A stretch of DNA of 50,188 nt from Candidatus Sericytochromatia bacterium (lineage in GTDB: Bacteria > Cyanobacteriota > Sericytochromatia > S15B-MN24 > JAQBPE01): NCBI GenBank assembly GCA_040400605.1, contig JBBAPZ010000013.1, positions 1 to 50,188 of the forward strand, written 5' to 3'. The position numbers and the translations under genes are program-made. The notes beneath the pieces are model-generated. The model was given only the letters and a program-made list of their open reading frames with translations. It was not told the DNA's origin and made no database searches. Each line of letters begins with the position of its first letter. Within the stretch, counting starts at the first letter, position 1. Shown here piece after piece: positions 48,482 through 50,188 of this stretch.

Positions 48482-50004
48482 GCTTCTTTGACCTCCGGGT
48501 AATCGAGCCGGAAATGACACCCCCGACTCTCCTCGCGTTGCAAGGCCGCTTCGGTAACGAGTGCGGCCGTCAAAACCATATTACGCAGCACCAGCACCGA
48601 CTCACCGGGGGCTGCTTGCCAGCTTGCGTCAAGTACCTCAAGCCACTGGCCCAATTGTGCCTGTGCCGCCGCCAGTCCGTTGGCGTCGCGCAACAGGCCC
48701 ACCTGTTGCCAAATCAAAACAGGGAGCGTGTCGCGTATGTGTGCCAGTTCCGGCGTGAGGGACTGTTGATGCGTATCAGGTGGTGCCACGGCAGGCAGTT
48801 TGGAAACTGGGCCCTTGTTGGCCAGAATGTGCTGCGCGACCCGATGGCCGAAGACGACGCACTCCAGCAAAGAGTTGCTGGCAAGGCGATTCGCCCCGTG
48901 TACGCCCGTGCAGGCGACTTCGCCAGCGGCGTAGAGCCCGGGCACGCTGGTGCAACCAAACAGGTCCGTACGCACCCCACCGCAGGAATAATGCGCTGCT
49001 GGCGCCACAGGTATCCAATTTTCGGGCAGTTGAATGCCTTGGCTTTGGCACACTGCGCGGATGGTGGGGAAACGTTTGGCGATTTGCTCAGGGGCGAGGG
49101 CGCTCAAGTCAAGCCAGACGTGGGGGGCGCCATCTTGGTGCATCTGGTGGGCGATCGCCCGGGAGACCACATCCCGCGGCGCGAGATCGGCCATCGGATG
49201 AGCGTCTGCCATGAAGGCGTGTCCACTTGCGTTGCGCAACACGGCGCCTTCACCACGGACGGCTTCGGAGATCAAAAAGGTGCTGCCGTTGCGCAAACGT
49301 AACGCCGTCGGATGAAACTGAATGAACTCCAGGTCTTCAATGACGGCACCCGCGCGGTAGGCCATGGCCACCCCGTCGCCGGTTGCAACCACCGGATTGG
49401 TGGTGTGTTGGTATATCCGTCCGAGGCCGCCTGCGCTCAGCACGACGGCGGAGGCCGCGATGGCCTGACTGTTACCTGCATGGATCAACCACGCGCCACG
49501 ACAGCGTCCATCTTCGAGGATAAGGTCGGCGACGTGAGTGTGCTCGTGAACGCCAATCAAGGGATTGTCACGAACCTGTTGGATCAGCGCCCGCTCAATC
49601 TCAGCGCCCGTTGCATCCCCTCGGGCATGCACCACGCGCCGCTGTGAATGCGCCCCCTCCAAAGTCAGGGCAAATTCACCGTCTTCCTTGTCAAACCGAA
49701 CCCCTTGATGCAACAAATCCGCAAATCGGGCCGGCCCTTCGGCCGTCAACAAGGCCACCGCCTCGACATTGCACAAGCCTGCGCCCGCAACCAGCGTATC
49801 TTGGGTGTGCAGCGCCGGAGAGTCATCTTCTCCCAAAGCGACTGCGATTCCGCCTTGTGCATAACTCGTGTTGCTCTCTTTGAGGGCACTTTTAGTCACG
49901 AGGGTCACCGGTTGGCCGCCTTGCGCCAGCTTGAGCGCAATGAACAGTCCGGTCAGACCGCTCCCGATGACCAGCACCCGGGCCGTTTGATCTACATTGT
50001 CCAT
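48418..50004 (-). CDS. nadB: L-aspartate oxidase
   Basis: IGSGLTG, YAQGGIA, LEGAHS, QFHPT, LISEAVRGEG, TGVHGANRLASNSLLE; adjacent to nadC. Confidence 0.96.
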   Translation of the reverse strand: MDNVDQTARVLVIGSGLTGLFIALKLAQGGQPVTLVTKSALKESNTSYAQGGIAVALGEDDSPALHTQDTLVAGAGLCNVEAVALLTAEGPARFADLLHQGVRFDKEDGEFALTLEGAHSQRRVVHARGDATGAEIERALIQQVRDNPLIGVHEHTHVADLILEDGRCRGAWLIHAGNSQAIAASAVVLSAGGLGRIYQHTTNPVVATGDGVAMAYRAGAVIEDLEFIQFHPTALRLRNGSTFLISEAVRGEGAVLRNASGHAFMADAHPMADLAPRDVVSRAIAHQMHQDGAPHVWLDLSALAPEQIAKRFPTIRAVCQSQGIQLPENWIPVAPAAHYSCGGVRTDLFGCTSVPGLYAAGEVACTGVHGANRLASNSLLECVVFGHRVAQHILANKGPVSKLPAVAPPDTHQQSLTPELAHIRDTLPVLIWQQVGLLRDANGLAAAQAQLGQWLEVLDASWQAAPGESVLVLRNMVLTAALVTEAALQREESRGCHFRLDYPEVKEAWQTHIRLKAPPMMDARPIHS

Positions 50005-50011
50005 ACAGTCA

Positions 50012-50041
50012 AGAATACGCTTCGAGTGGTCGGCGCGTCAA
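50012..50041 (-). promoter_or_regulatory. Putative promoter giving a leaderless nadB transcript
   Basis: Minus strand TTGACG-18-TATTCT, ATG 7 nt downstream, no SD. Confidence 0.5.
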
Positions 50042-50078
50042 AGCATATGCCTGAAAGCCCCTCACGAAGCCGGCGACT

Positions 50079-50188
50079 TCACAACCCCGTGCGCTCGTTC
50101 AGTTTCAGGGTGTCGATGATCTCCAGGATTTCATCCATCTGTTGCAGAATGACCCTGATGTCTTCCACAAAGGTTGCGGGTTTATCAA
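50079..50188 (-). CDS. 3' end of a gene cut by the window edge, possibly DUF3137-like
   Basis: Open frame DKPATFVEDIRVILQQMDEILEIIDTLKLNERTGL*; family guess is from recalled C-terminal similarity only. Confidence 0.5.
   Translation of the reverse strand, partial: DKPATFVEDIRVILQQMDEILEIIDTLKLNERTGL

Overview
Bacterial chromosomal window of moderately high GC. Ribosomal protein sequences (L3, L14, S13, long S14) look cyanobacterial, but rpmD, map and an in-operon rpsD are present, so a non-photosynthetic Cyanobacteriota relative such as Sericytochromatia is inferred. 1-17.8 kb: end of tuf and an uninterrupted S10-spc-alpha-truA-rplM-rpsI superoperon lacking infA. 17.8-37.2 kb: accessory region with a small Zn-ribbon membrane protein, a monoheme cytochrome c lipoprotein, a GH36 alpha-galactosidase, a probable zinc-starvation locus, a class V aminotransferase-serA operon, a MntA/HepT pair with a dead toxin motif, an orphan lipoprotein and a LysR regulator. 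37.2-50.2 kb: dnaX, ppx-HD-ppk1-ppc, an AbrB-like/RelE-like pair and nadB-nadC. Best candidate for an undescribed system is 22.7-29.6 kb. It combines a COG0523 GTPase, a flavin monooxygenase-like protein, an ABC-2/DUF3526-type transporter and an unannotated 45-aa secreted peptide (predicted mature HDDCGDPDCNRGGKGKIASIN), with two copies of a Fur/Zur-like palindrome over the promoters. A degenerate ~115-bp intergenic repeat occurs at least six times. No rRNA, tRNA, CRISPR array or transposase was seen. All calls come from reading the sequence; no searches were run.
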